From Bugula neritina (Eukaryota > Animalia > Bryozoa), in contig OZ037766.1 of the NCBI GenBank assembly GCA_964035545.1, forward strand, positions 25,220,139-25,284,138: 64,000 nt of DNA. The letters are read 5' to 3'. Position 1 is the first letter of the stretch. Every line of letters begins with the position of its first letter. The notes beneath the pieces were generated by a model. That model saw only the letters and a program-made list of their open reading frames with translations, was not told where the DNA came from and ran no database searches. Below are positions 26,301 through 38,583 of this stretch, one piece after another. Made by a program: the position numbers and the translations under genes.

Positions 26301-28499
26301 TGTCAAAAACATTTTGTTGAGTAGACACATGCTAGCAGTTAATTTTGTAAATGGTTGCCAAAAATTACATGATATTCCTTTGAAAGTTCTTCCCCATTGT
26401 TTTAAATTAGGATCTTCCTGAGAGTTATCCCAATTCCTTTTATACAAGATTTGAGTTAATTGTAAATTCATTAAGATTATTTCATCATTTGAATTCTAAA
26501 ATCTTGTTGAGTCAAATTATTATTTCTTAACCATTTCTGCTATCCTTGGAAACTTATCCAACAATCAATGGGAACTTGGTATGCCTAAAATACGTAACTA
26601 TGGTGATTGGAACTTAGAAATATGCTCTCAACCGTAAATCTATCAAAATGCATTCACAAAATCAGGGATCTACATCTTGGTCAATTTCTTATTCATTGTG
26701 AGAAAGATAAATTATTGTTTGATGGGCTGTACGTCAAGACAACACAATAAAGCACTTCCTCTGTAGACAGGAGCCTTTTCCTGCTCACTGAGATTTTTAA
26801 GCCAACATTTGCAATAATATACTGTTTTGTTAGCTCCTGGCTAAATTCTCTCATCAGTTCAACTAGTCACAGTTAGGATAAGGCCACATTAGATGAGATT
26901 TCACATTGCCCACTGGCGAAAACCGATGCAAGAGAACAAGCAATTCCTTGATAGTTATTTAGCTAGCTCATTTTTCTTGACTTAGTTTCACATTCTATTC
27001 AGCTGCTCATTATTGGAAATAGGGAGGTTTAAAAATGAACAGTTAGCCCTCTTGTACTTCCTGTGTTGGCTCATACAATTCGAGATTCATAGTGACAGTG
27101 ATACATCGCAATTGTATAAATATTATTCTGAAAATAAAAATGAATCAACAAGAGAAATTAATAAATACAGTGATTAAACATTTACATGTTTTATTAAACT
27201 AGGAATAAAAATCAGAAGGCATTTTTAGTATGGTGATTTAACATTTTAATTTGTTCTTTGTCATCGTGATAGTGTTTGCGGCCGAATTGTATCTGGGTCA
27301 GTACTACACATTATCTAATAACTAACAATGGCGTAATTCATCATGCCATAGAAACAAGGCAAGCAGTAAAGAGTCAAATAAAAATATCATTATTAACAAT
27401 TCGATGATGACAACTAGTGTGGTAGTAGGTCAGCCAGCAACAATAAATTTCAGTAACAAATAACTATTCAGTAGCATTGTGTGAAGCCCTGCATAGAATT
27501 TTAATTCAATATTTTGTTTACTTCACAAATGTTGCCACTATACAGATATAATAAAAGAACTCTTTTCAATGCAAAGAGAACCCATTTCTAAAGCATAAAA
27601 GATAAAATGTTATAATATGCAGTTGTCTTTTCAGATATTGTAGATTAGGTTCTTAAATCAATATGTATATTTTTAGCATGCTTAGTCACCCCTGCCCTCT
27701 CAATGCAGTGCTACGAATGTGATTCCCTGTCAGATTCTACCTGTGCCGATGAATACACTGGTTACCCCACCCACATCAACACATGTGATGATGGGGCCAC
27801 AGGATGTTCCAAAACTAAAATACAGGGAAGTGCTCTAGGAGTCAAGGTCGTAGTAGGTACTGGTTTCAGTCTTCTAGCTTCTGTTGATGTCACCGCAGCT
27901 GCAGTTAAGGTCACTATTTACTGTAGGAATGCAACAGTTGCTATAAGTTGTTTATAATTTCATAAAGCAGCCCAGAGTTTTCGAATTTAGCAGCAGTAAT
28001 GGAGAAATTGAGATAGCCCAAGTTCTTTAATTTTATTATTAAATTTTGGTTTGGGACGAGGGTTGAAATTCTTGCAAGAACATAACTTCTTAGGCTACAT
28101 TTCTAATCTGCAACACAGGCTTTTCTCAATTTCTCCATTTCTTCACCTACCTCAGTTTTCACATCTAAGATATTTTATTTTTTTATGTTTCTGCTTGTTT
28201 GCACAACCATGACTGCTTCCTTTTGGGGTGCCTGGGTTTGGGTGTCACTGCTTGTCACTGCAGGTTTAAGTAGGATGTAGTTTGTATGCTTATTGTTTCA
28301 GCCATAAGAACATGTGATGAGGTTTATCCCAATAATGATGCCTGTCAGACACCTGTGAAATTTGCTGGGCAATCTAATGGCATTAATGTGAAAAATGGAA
28401 AGATCCACACCTGCTCGTGTGCTGGAAACCTCTGTAATGGTGCACCAGCTTCTGCCCAGCACTCTGTGATGGCAATAGCTGTGTTCTCATTAGCCTCCA
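23346..28499 (+). CDS. Ly6/uPAR three-finger protein, quiver-like (Ly6-2); terminal exon uncertain
   Basis: Exons 23346-23382 (MKYQILLAVFSL), 27677-27856 (ACLVTPALSMQCYECDS..CADEY..C..GCSKTK) and 28302-28499 (AIRTC..C..HTCSCAGNLCNGA plus hydrophobic tail). Donor GTGAGT at 28500 suggests a short fourth exon near 28868-28961; read-through would stop at 28522. Confidence 0.85.
24704..24992 (-). repeat. Right arm of the inverted repeat, in intron 1 of Ly6-2
   Basis: Reverse complement of 21731-22033. Confidence 0.85.
25070..25290. repeat. Degenerate minisatellite, about 22-bp unit (TTTCTATCTATAAAATATTAGC)
   Basis: About 10 tandem degenerate units. Confidence 0.8.
25969..26190. repeat. Minisatellite, 11-bp unit ACTGTATATAT
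   Basis: About 20 tandem units; source of the Y/I/C-rich spurious ORFs. Confidence 0.9.
27998..28139. mobile_element. Small MITE-like element in Ly6-2 intron 2
   Basis: Inverted termini AATGGAGAAATTGAGATAGCC / GGCTTTTCTCAATTTCTCCATT; TSD not identified. Confidence 0.5.
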
Positions 28500-30423
28500 G
28501 TGAGTTTTATCTTCTGATCTAATACTAAGTTTTTCCAATCAATAATGTTTGTGGCTGTTTTAATGGCTGCAATAGGCCTAACTAGTAACTTACTAGATTT
28601 CTATAGCTGAATGGACCTCATTAAATGAAAAACTCTGATCAATCATACGAAGCCTTCTTTATAAAATAAATAAGCCCACATTAATCAACCTTTTAATTTT
28701 GTCAGCCATAAACACCATTAGTGTGCAGTTCTCATAAAATCATGACTACTTTTTATATTTTTTATTCTATATTTTTATCTTTGCACCACTTGTTTATAAA
28801 TTAGAAATGTTTTACTGTACTACCGTTGAAAATGAATTTTTATAGAATATGCTCAATCTATTTTCAGCTGTTTGTAGGGTATTCGAAGTATTTTACTGCA
28901 CTGTAGTTACATTTCCTTTTATCCAATAGGCATTCTGAGGAAGCTGGTTGCAGGATGTTAACTGGACTGGAAAATTTTTATCTCTTCCTGATCCTTATCT
29001 TCACCAATATCAATATATCATACGTGGATAATAAATCACTGTTATATTTTTTATTTTGCTGATACTTTGTGTTTTGATACATTAAATAGTTTTCTTTTAT
29101 AAAGCTCTAGTTGTAATAATTCCATTCATAATGACTGTTTGCATTTGTATGTTTTTGACTTCTCATGCAGAAGTTGTATATTGAAAATGTTGTTTGTAAC
29201 TTTCTACTAATAAATCAATACTAACATAGTAAGTTTAAGTGACTCAAAGCCTGGCCATTTCCTGTTATTAACTTTGAGGGCTTTCCATTGGTTTGATGTA
29301 CTGGGCAAGTAAACAATGTAGGCCAAGTAGCCTAAAAACAAAGGTAGATGTTTGTTTAAGAAAAACAAATAGTGTTGCTGAATACTTATGTTTAAAAAGG
29401 ATAAGTATTTGTGGTGGGATTGTTATGTAGTAAAATCAATGTAGCCCATCAATGCCTTTTCCACATATGCTCTGCAGTGTCAAGTAAAAAGGGCACAGGT
29501 GTCAGATCAGAGAATACACAGTACTTTATATTTTTGCAAAGTAGATACTGCACAGCAACTTGATGTATTTACAGAATGATATGCTAATACTAATAGTGAT
29601 TATGATTGGAACGAATGGTTTGAATATACATATATATACACCTTGTATAGCTTAAAAGCTTGTAGTAAAATAGCAGAGAGACTTCAACATGGTCTTGCAA
29701 AATAGTTTCCTGTGCCAAACTCCATTATGGCCTTATGGAATGGTTTACCAGCCACCAGGTAAATAAAACTAGCTTTATCTAAAAAATGCTTATTTTATTG
29801 ATATGAGAATAAAAGTGTCAAAACAGTTGCATCCCCATGAAGACGACATCAAGACTGAAACTATCTGCTAATGTAAGTAACAGAAATGTCAAATAGTCTC
29901 AATACCATGAAGCTTGCCAAGAGTGTGAGAATATTTTACAATGAAGTTAGAAGTAGAATTTCTATAAATTATGTCATAAGTGATTAAACTAAAGTATATT
30001 GATATATATACCATTATTCTCAGAAAAATTCTTAAAAAGCTATATTCTTGATAGGAGGCATGATTGTACATATACTGTTCTTTTATGTTTAATTCTTACT
30101 TCTGTACTTCACAAGTTATGTTTCTGAGATATTCTGCCAGCTCACTAAAATATGGCTTCGGCGATGCTGAGGTTTGCCTGAGACTGTCAGTAAGATTGCT
30201 GCTGCAACAGGTTAATGCAATTATAAATTATTATATCTCCTCCACCACGGTATGTAGACTACAGTTTATCTACAACATTCAAGAAAGAATATAAAGTACA
30301 TTCAAAAGTAATAGGATGCATGAGGCCCAATAATTGAGTGAAGTTAAAATTTAAATTTGTACAAGTTTTGAGTGAGTTAGATATTTTGGTCTTGCATAGA
30401 AATTGCTCTAAACGAAGAATGCA

Positions 30424-30580
<157 letters not shown>

Positions 30581-31130
30581 AGATGTATGTATATGACACA
30601 TGATTTTATAACTTTTTTAGGCAATGCAAATAGTATTATTTAGTAGTGTGGCTTTCAAATAAGTAATTGGGGTGTTGATAGTACTTATACATGCCATGAT
30701 CACATGTTGAAATTTGTAATATTGACTTTTGAAATAAAACACTAATTGATGAACAAATATATAGGAATGAATAAAAAGCTGAAACATATAACAGATGCTG
30801 TTCATAAATAGAGATATACATATCTATGTGTGTGAATATTTATTTACACCAACATATAGATGATGTACAATATTTTAAATGCTTAATAAATTATATAACA
30901 TTGATATAGCGCGTTACAAAGATCAATTTATCATATTATAATAGTTTAAAAGAATTACTCTGTAGATTATAGACTGAGGTACAATTATTGATGATATAGC
31001 CTACAACAAGTAACTTTACTTCATTTTAACTGACCAGTCTGACTAAGTCAAAAGCTCAAACTAATCTGATTTAAAACTAATTCAGTTATTTAATATAAAA
31101 TACAAATTTTATTTATTTTTATTTTATTTT

Positions 31131-31290
31131 TGTTCGGCACAGGTAATAATGGCACAAATAAAACAGTAAGTGAAAGTGGCACACTTTTTATATATTGGGA
31201 TTGGGGGTTTAGGCAAATTCAACACCAGTATGCCCTTTTTGCAAACATTTTCATTTGTGTCATCATTATCTGTACCATTTTTACCCAAAA
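31131..31290 (+). mobile_element. Truncated family A foldback-like MITE
   Basis: GGCACAGGTAATAATGGCACAAAT...TATTGGGATTGGGGTTTAGG...CATTTGTGTCATCATTATCTGTACCATTTTTACC matches 8885-9147. Confidence 0.65.
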
Positions 31291-34200
31291 TCTCAATTTA
31301 TATTATGTCTCCACTTGATTAAACCCATTATGCATACTGTTGTTTAGTGCTATATACAAAAGAGCTCGCTGATCATCTCAATATTGATCTATCATATTAT
31401 TATACTTCGAGGTTTACATTTGACTCTAAAGTGGTTTTTATTGAATAGTAGACTGGATGCAGAATTTCAGTCTTTAAGTAGCTCAATTTTTGGTGCATAA
31501 GGAATTGTCTACCCTCTAAATTGAATACTGCGAGGTAGGTAAAGTCGTATATCTTTGTCTACAGCGGCTTCTAACAAAGTTGATATCTGGTTATGGTTTT
31601 GGGTGCTCTAAATTTCTTAACATTTTAAATAAAAATAGTGAAGTCAAAGGTAAAAACCCATATAATCGTTTATAGTATTATTTAAATACAATAACAATGA
31701 AGCAGAACATAAATATAAAGTGCAACTGCAAAAAAATAATTTACGCAGCCTGCTTAAGTAAATGCCCTATGTCATTAAAACACTAATAAATAAGTCAAAT
31801 TAAATGAAACATATTTACCTAGATAGGTGTGTTGACCTAATTATGTGAAGATTTGCTCATTCTAAACGGTGCTCAATATCACACTTATTTCTTATATTTA
31901 GAATATTATGGCGTTCATCTTTTTTTAAATCAAAAGATTTAAAGAAATCATGCAACACCACCATTGCAAGTTATACAGCTTTACTTTCTTATAACCATCA
32001 TAGTACTATTATGTCCCCATGCTTCCCATTATGCCAATGAAATTTTCATATTATGGGTACAGTGTCAATGGTATGAAACCACAACCATAGTTTTTTATTA
32101 CACGTAACCCTACAAGTAAGATTCATTCAATGCATAGAGATGTAGTGTAGGTTGAGAGAATTGATATAACAAAAGTTACAGTATGTGACACAATTTTGTG
32201 GTCAATGCAATAGAGTATCTGATGAAGCCTACTCAACCATATTATATTTGCAGTATTAGTATAAATATGCTGTTGGGTTGACATTAGTCTTGGAAACTAT
32301 CACCACATGCAATCGGAGTGATAACTCCATGCTTACGACTAGTTAAGATCACATATTGGTCAAATTACTTTATCTATAGTCTAACTGTTAGAAACAATTC
32401 CTAGTTCAACTTAGTAGCAATTACTGTCTAGCTCAAACATCAAGCATGCAATAATAAGCACAAAGCAAATATATCATTGAACTAGAAAGTATAGTTTGAG
32501 TTCAGTAAAACGTACATCCTTTATAGCATCACCCAAGGGATCAAACATTATATTGAAGTGGATATATGGATGTAAACTTCCAAGTTCATCAAATTCATTG
32601 CTGCACAGCACAAGTGCGACACAGTTGTACTTAAGTTATATAAGATAAATTAGCATAATATACTTAGCTTCAGATTGAACTTATTGAAGTAAAACAGGTT
32701 AGCTGCTTTCAACAATAGAGTCATGAATAAAAGAATAAATAACTGATTATATACAGTTGACTAGATGTGTTCAACATTTTCCTTTACCAGAGGTTAAATA
32801 AAAAAAACAATTGGATATTTTTTATAACATATGCATGGCTGCTGGTCGTAAGTAATTACTCTGTAAGAATACATGTGATTGGCCAGTGGGCTAGTGACTA
32901 CAACTGTCGAATTGCAAAATATTCCAATATTTTGAAATAGCTGTTTATTGATGACACATGCAGCTAATCAGTAACAGTGAGTCACTATTATTTTCCAGAA
33001 TTATTCAATTGCAAAATTCTCCCAAGTTAAGGTGAGTGTAGCAAACAATAAATTAATAAAACATGCTAATACAACTATGCCATTGCATCATAAATTAAAT
33101 ACATGCCTAGCAGGCATCATGTGCTTCATCTATTAACTTACAGGCAGACAGCGTAGGTCATAGAGCAATGCCGCCACCAATATCATCTGCTGACGCTGCC
33201 CTATAATTAGCCAATTAACTAGAGTGATGATATCACAGCCAGCATGTCATTTAATTAAAAAGATTTTCTCCCAGCTGCCACTGCTGCACTGTTCAATAAA
33301 CAAGTGACCACAACAATGCTTTCAAGCTTCTTTTTCCGAGTTCAACTAAGAGATATTATGTAGCAAAATTTACAAAAATACCAATATGTGTGTTGCTATC
33401 AAAACGCCATCTTTCAGAATCTAGATTAAAACTCTTGTAGCACTAGTTGAATTTTATGTAGCAATAAAACCCGTATGAGAATTTTATTTATAATATAATT
33501 AGGCTGAAGGACATACATGTTGGTGAGCACAACTCCTAATTAGAGCTTAGATGTGAGAGCAGAGAAAAGTGGGCGTAACATGTAACATGTCATAACTCCA
33601 ATCGCAATAGAACCATGATCCTACAGTGGCTGTTTAATCAAAATCAGCAAACGCGTTGATAATGTTTTTTCAGGAGAGGAGATGGATTTATTTATTTACT
33701 AGCTTATTGAATTCAATTATTTTTATATCTATAGATGTTTGACCTAGTAATGGGGATACTAAAAAGATGATATTATATTTGCAGCAAAATTCTTAATTGC
33801 TTATTTTCTTTTTCTAATTTACAACATGCCTTTTTAGAAACCTTTTAGCTAAAATAATGGTTGCTATGTCAAGTTTGGTCTCTAATCATTTTTTAAATTT
33901 TCAATATCAATATTACATTAATACTGACTATGCTTTATGTATGATATATTCAAGATTCATACTAATTACACATGTGTCTATAAATATAACACCATAATTT
34001 AGATTCGTATATTATTAGTAGATATAAATCATGTTTTAAGTTTTTTAAAGGCCTGTTATATCCACAATTCATAACATGTCAATTTATCATTGTAAATATG
34101 AAATAAAATCTTTAAAATATTATTATGATAATTTTTGTTGAAACAAAAAAAACCACCATGCAACTACAAACTTCAACTAAACTCAAATTAATAGCAATCA

Positions 34201-34313
34201 CAACATATTAGCTCAACAACTAAATAAGTATCCATGCAATTAGTACACTTATTGTACCTAACAACAGTAACCATCGACTGCGGTTTAATCTATGTTTATA
34301 TATTAGCCTTAAA

Positions 34314-34527
34314 GGAGCAGCCGTGGGTTTAGAGGTTAGAGCATTTGCCTAGTAAACACGAAGGCCATGGGTTCCAGCCCTGACAAAGGCCATTGGTGAT
34401 GTTAGGAAGAGCATCCAGTCATAATTGCTCTTGTGCCTCATTTAAATAAGTCCTTAGCCCACTTTAACAAAAACCCTTTCTATTAGGGGTTTCTCACAGG
34501 GATAGTGACTATAAACTTGCATGAGTT
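34314..34527 (+). mobile_element. tRNA-derived SINE (family 1, copy 2) with 19-bp TSD
   Basis: Perfect TSD TTTATATATTAGCCTTAAA at 34295-34313 and 34528-34546; homologous to 20453-20655. Confidence 0.9.
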
Positions 34528-34676
34528 TTTATATATTAGCCTTAAAACTTGTCTGCCTTAATTTTAGCTCAAAAATAAATATTTGTTGATATTCTCCTAG
34601 TGCATATATAAATGATAGTTGAAGTTTTGAATTCATTGATTAAATTGAAGCTGCTACGAAAAGGAAAAACTTAACT

Positions 34677-37317
34677 ATGGTTTCTTCAAGCATGCTAAAA
34701 GTTATTATTGCTAGTAAGTAGGAATTTTCTTCTGTTTTTAGTTTCAATTTTTCATGTAAATATTCTTTTTATAAATTATATAATTAAATATTTATGTGAA
34801 TAACTTCATTAGATACAATATAACTAAATATCTTCTGGTCTTATTTTGTTTTTCATTTGGTTTAAGTACTATTTTTGTGCTTTCTTAAACGTTTGTATAA
34901 CATATATTTTTACTATTAATGTAGATTTGTTTCATAATTGACTGACGGTGGAGCATCGTATACTGTAACCTTACAGTATAACGCTGTTTAAAAAGTCTTG
35001 AAAGTTGAATTAGATGTGTATAGCTTTAGTCTTAAATGACTTGAGTTGAAATATAACTGGAAGTGTTTAACCCAACAGTAGCATATGTATTGTAACTATG
35101 CAATGCAACTATAGTTGACTATATAACATGCTGTTTTAATGATTTATTTGAAATTAATTAGAATAGCACACTTATTTTTTCACTGGTGGTAATTGTTACA
35201 GCAACGACTACTTTATTTTTATTTTTTATTAAATAATTTAAACATTGGACCTTATAGTAGTAGAGCTAGTTTTTATTTGGTGCTACATCTCTTTTTTAAT
35301 ATTTCTTCATATCTCTATATAATGGCCATTTTCATATTTCTATTTGTAATCATCATTAAATAGCATGTTATCCAAGTTGTGTATATACTATACAGGTTGC
35401 CTGATAGCATACACAGTAGCAATCGAATGCTATGTCTGCGAGACTAGCGAATCAGACACTACTTCCTGTACAGACCCGTATGATTCCCCGTCCTCACATG
35501 TTGTTGACTGTGGAGATGTGGCTGGGTGTTCTAAAAACGTCTCTTTTGGGAAAATTCTTGGAGTAAAGTACAAGTCTGGTATGATTATACATGTGTTAGT
35601 TCAACATGATTTAATGCAGAATAAGTTAGCTACACTTACATATTAAAATATTGACATCAGTATCAGATCAACCTGTGGTTTACTGAACAAAGCATAGAGC
35701 AGTTTAAGTTTTATTTTTTTTCACAAAAATTCAAAAAATCTTTTCTTTATTTTCAATATGAAATAAATTGGCTTCAGTTATCCTACATAGGTAACGCAAT
35801 TATTTTTTAAAAAATTATAACTTTGATTAGGTAGCAAATAGGGACAAAATAAAAAATATTGTTTATTATAATGTGGAAAAGGTTTTATTCAATTAAATGT
35901 ATTGAACATGCTAAAATAAGAAGTTAAAAAAGTTTTAAAGCATTAATTGTTAAACTGATTTAGTAAAAAAAGCTGGTGACAATTAAAATTTATAGAAAGC
36001 CTAAAACTTTCGGAATCAATTTTGCATTAGAGGTACATTAAAATAATTGAAGACAAAAGTTTTATTTTATGCTAGTACAATTACGTATATCATTATAAAA
36101 AATTTATACTTTATATTGCTATTGTAAAAATTTTGTTGTATATTATGATACTACTAGAGTAATGTTTTTTTAATATTACTTGTTTTAAATTTTGCACAAT
36201 GTTCTGTGGATTTGAATAAGTACAACTGAAGCAGATACAAAATTTGCTATGCTTTCTTAATTATGAAAATTACATCAAAGTGATGACAATCGGCAGAACA
36301 TTTTTTTCAAAGTAAATTTAATTCAAAGGAATTACACATTTCAGTAAACCGGACCTGTGATGTGCTACATGACAACTCCTACTGTGATTGGTCAGATACG
36401 TACAGGTTCACAATACCGGAGAGAGACATCACTAATGGTCGATTTTGGGGGTGTTCCTGCACAACTAATCTGTGCAACGGAGCACCAACAGTGGCTACTT
36501 CTATCACCTCTAAGACTTTGATCACATTGGCTGTTGGTAAGAGTTAGAATGCATTTATATCTGGATAGTATTTGTATGGCTGCTTGTTCTTTAAAAAGGT
36601 TCTGTTCAGTACGATTTTAGGTAAAAATGGCATCTATAATCATGCCACAAATAATAATGGCGCAGGTAATAATGTCACAAATGGAAAAGTAAGTAATAAC
36701 GGCACACTGATGTTAAATTTCCAAAACCCCAAACTCAAACTCCCATCCTCAAACCTAATCTCTATTCCCAAACCCCCAACCCCACCTCAAGCCCTAATAT
36801 TGAAAATGTGCCATCTTCACGGACTTTACCTACCTGTGCCATTTTTACCTGACACTGTTCAGCGTACAGATTGTATATCTCAAATGGTTATTGAAGTTTT
36901 GAATCATGCTTTGTTAAATAAATGAGCTCTGTAAATATGATCAGCATTAAAATACATCAAGGCTGGTAACCAAGGATAATTTTTATTCTGTTTACATACA
37001 TGTGTATGTAACTGCAAACATGTCATCTTAGGTCACTTAGTAACTTGTATAATCACCCTATTTAAATAACAATTTAAAACACTTGAAAGAGACAATAATG
37101 CTTAGTGCCTTTCTGTGAGAGATGCTTCAAAAATTAGTTTGCAAAGCTTAGTATAAGCTGTATTATTTATAAGCGTCATTAAATTATTCTATCTTATTCT
37201 GTTGTAACATATATTAGCTAAGGACTTTTTTGCTACATCATGCCCTTTTGTTGTTTATGTTCATTGCTTGACATTCTGTGTTTAATTTCAGGTTATTTAG
37301 TGCATCTTACTCGCTAG
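34677..37317 (+). CDS. Ly6/uPAR three-finger protein, quiver-like (Ly6-3)
   Basis: Exons 34677-34713 (MVSSSMLKVIIA), 35396-35578 (SCLIAYTVAIECYVC..CTDPYDSPSSHVVDCGDVAGCSKN), 36345-36536 (VNRTC..C..GRFWGCSCTTNLCNGA) and 37292-37317 (GYLVHLTR*); all phase 1. TATATAAA at 34605-34612. Confidence 0.88.
36610..36854 (-). mobile_element. Family A foldback/MULE-like MITE with TSD, in Ly6-3 intron 3
   Basis: Flanked by CTGTTCAG (36602-36609 and 36855-36862); reverse-orientation homologue of 8885-9147. Confidence 0.8.
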
Positions 37318-38583
37318 TGACCCTCAGCTTCTCTTCAACAAGCACCAAAAGAACCCCTCTCCAACCCCCTCTCTCAACTTGTGTACGGAACTAATAGTGA
37401 TTTACTAAATACTATACCACCACTTAGCATACATCATATTGCATTAACATCACTGCATATATAGGAATAACTGAATAAGCCTATTTAACACCTGTTTGCA
37501 TTTTCAAATAGTTTATCTTTTGAAACACCAACTAAAATATTTTCCTTTTTCTAATCTTTTAGAAATTAAATCAAGTTTTTTATAATTTAAATCTGGAAAA
37601 ATTTACTCAAAAAATTATCAAATTTCATTATGATTTTTGCTAAATATATAGCTGTGTTTTCTTTCAATAAAAACCTTTAACTTTGTAAATGATTTATGGA
37701 GAAATGTTGTGCTTTTTAATTTATTTAAAAACTTTATGTGTGATATAATATAATACTTTGCAACAAATTATTAGTTTTAACAAGCATCAATAGTTGTCTC
37801 AGCCTGTTTAGAATTGAATGGGAAGGCTTGTAAGCATATCATGAGCCTGTGTGAATATTTAGTATCATACAGATTGTTCTATCTAGGTCTTGGAACTATT
37901 ATGAAATGAATAATATATAAATATTTGCAATATTGTGAATGTTCTCCCCAATGATTAGAACCTGTTTCATATTTAATTGCACTTTTAACTTAAATTTACA
38001 GGCAGCAAACTCAAACTTTTTAGATAGCATGAGATACTACAATATTAAAGAGCTAAATATGTTGCAAAAAGCAGTCTGCTATACAGAAAGACAAACAAGA
38101 GTCTAAGGCTGTACCTGTTGAAATATATATACTCTTACATGGTGCATTAAGAAAATTATACTTTGTTTTTCTGTATTTCTATATTCCATGAAAATCATTC
38201 TACAAATACATTCTAGTTAGCCTTGTTTAACCAGTTGGGTATAGTTTCGAAAATAGATGCTTGTAATTTTAGTAAAACAAACCAGGCTATTTAAATTTGA
38301 TTGCTAAGTTTTTCTTAGATGACCCCATTGTTCAGTCAATGTTTCTAGTTGGGTTGAAACTAATCAATAATAAGCTTACAATGGCAGCCATTATAGCTGG
38401 TCAGTCACCTGGAAACACAAAAACCATTTCAAATATTTGCATTGGCGCAATTCGATCTGAAAAGCACTGACTTTAACCTTACTTATATAACCTTCAACGG
38501 CTTGTGCTATTTGCATACTAAGGGCATCGAAAGGTAGAAAGCAGCACGCAGTAGTGATCAGAAAACTGCTAGATTAGTCTAAG

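Noticed and set aside
26268-27050. Coding-like stretch in Ly6-2 intron 1
   Set aside because: Multiple stops and no recognisable motif; may be a decayed transposon but cannot be assigned without a search.
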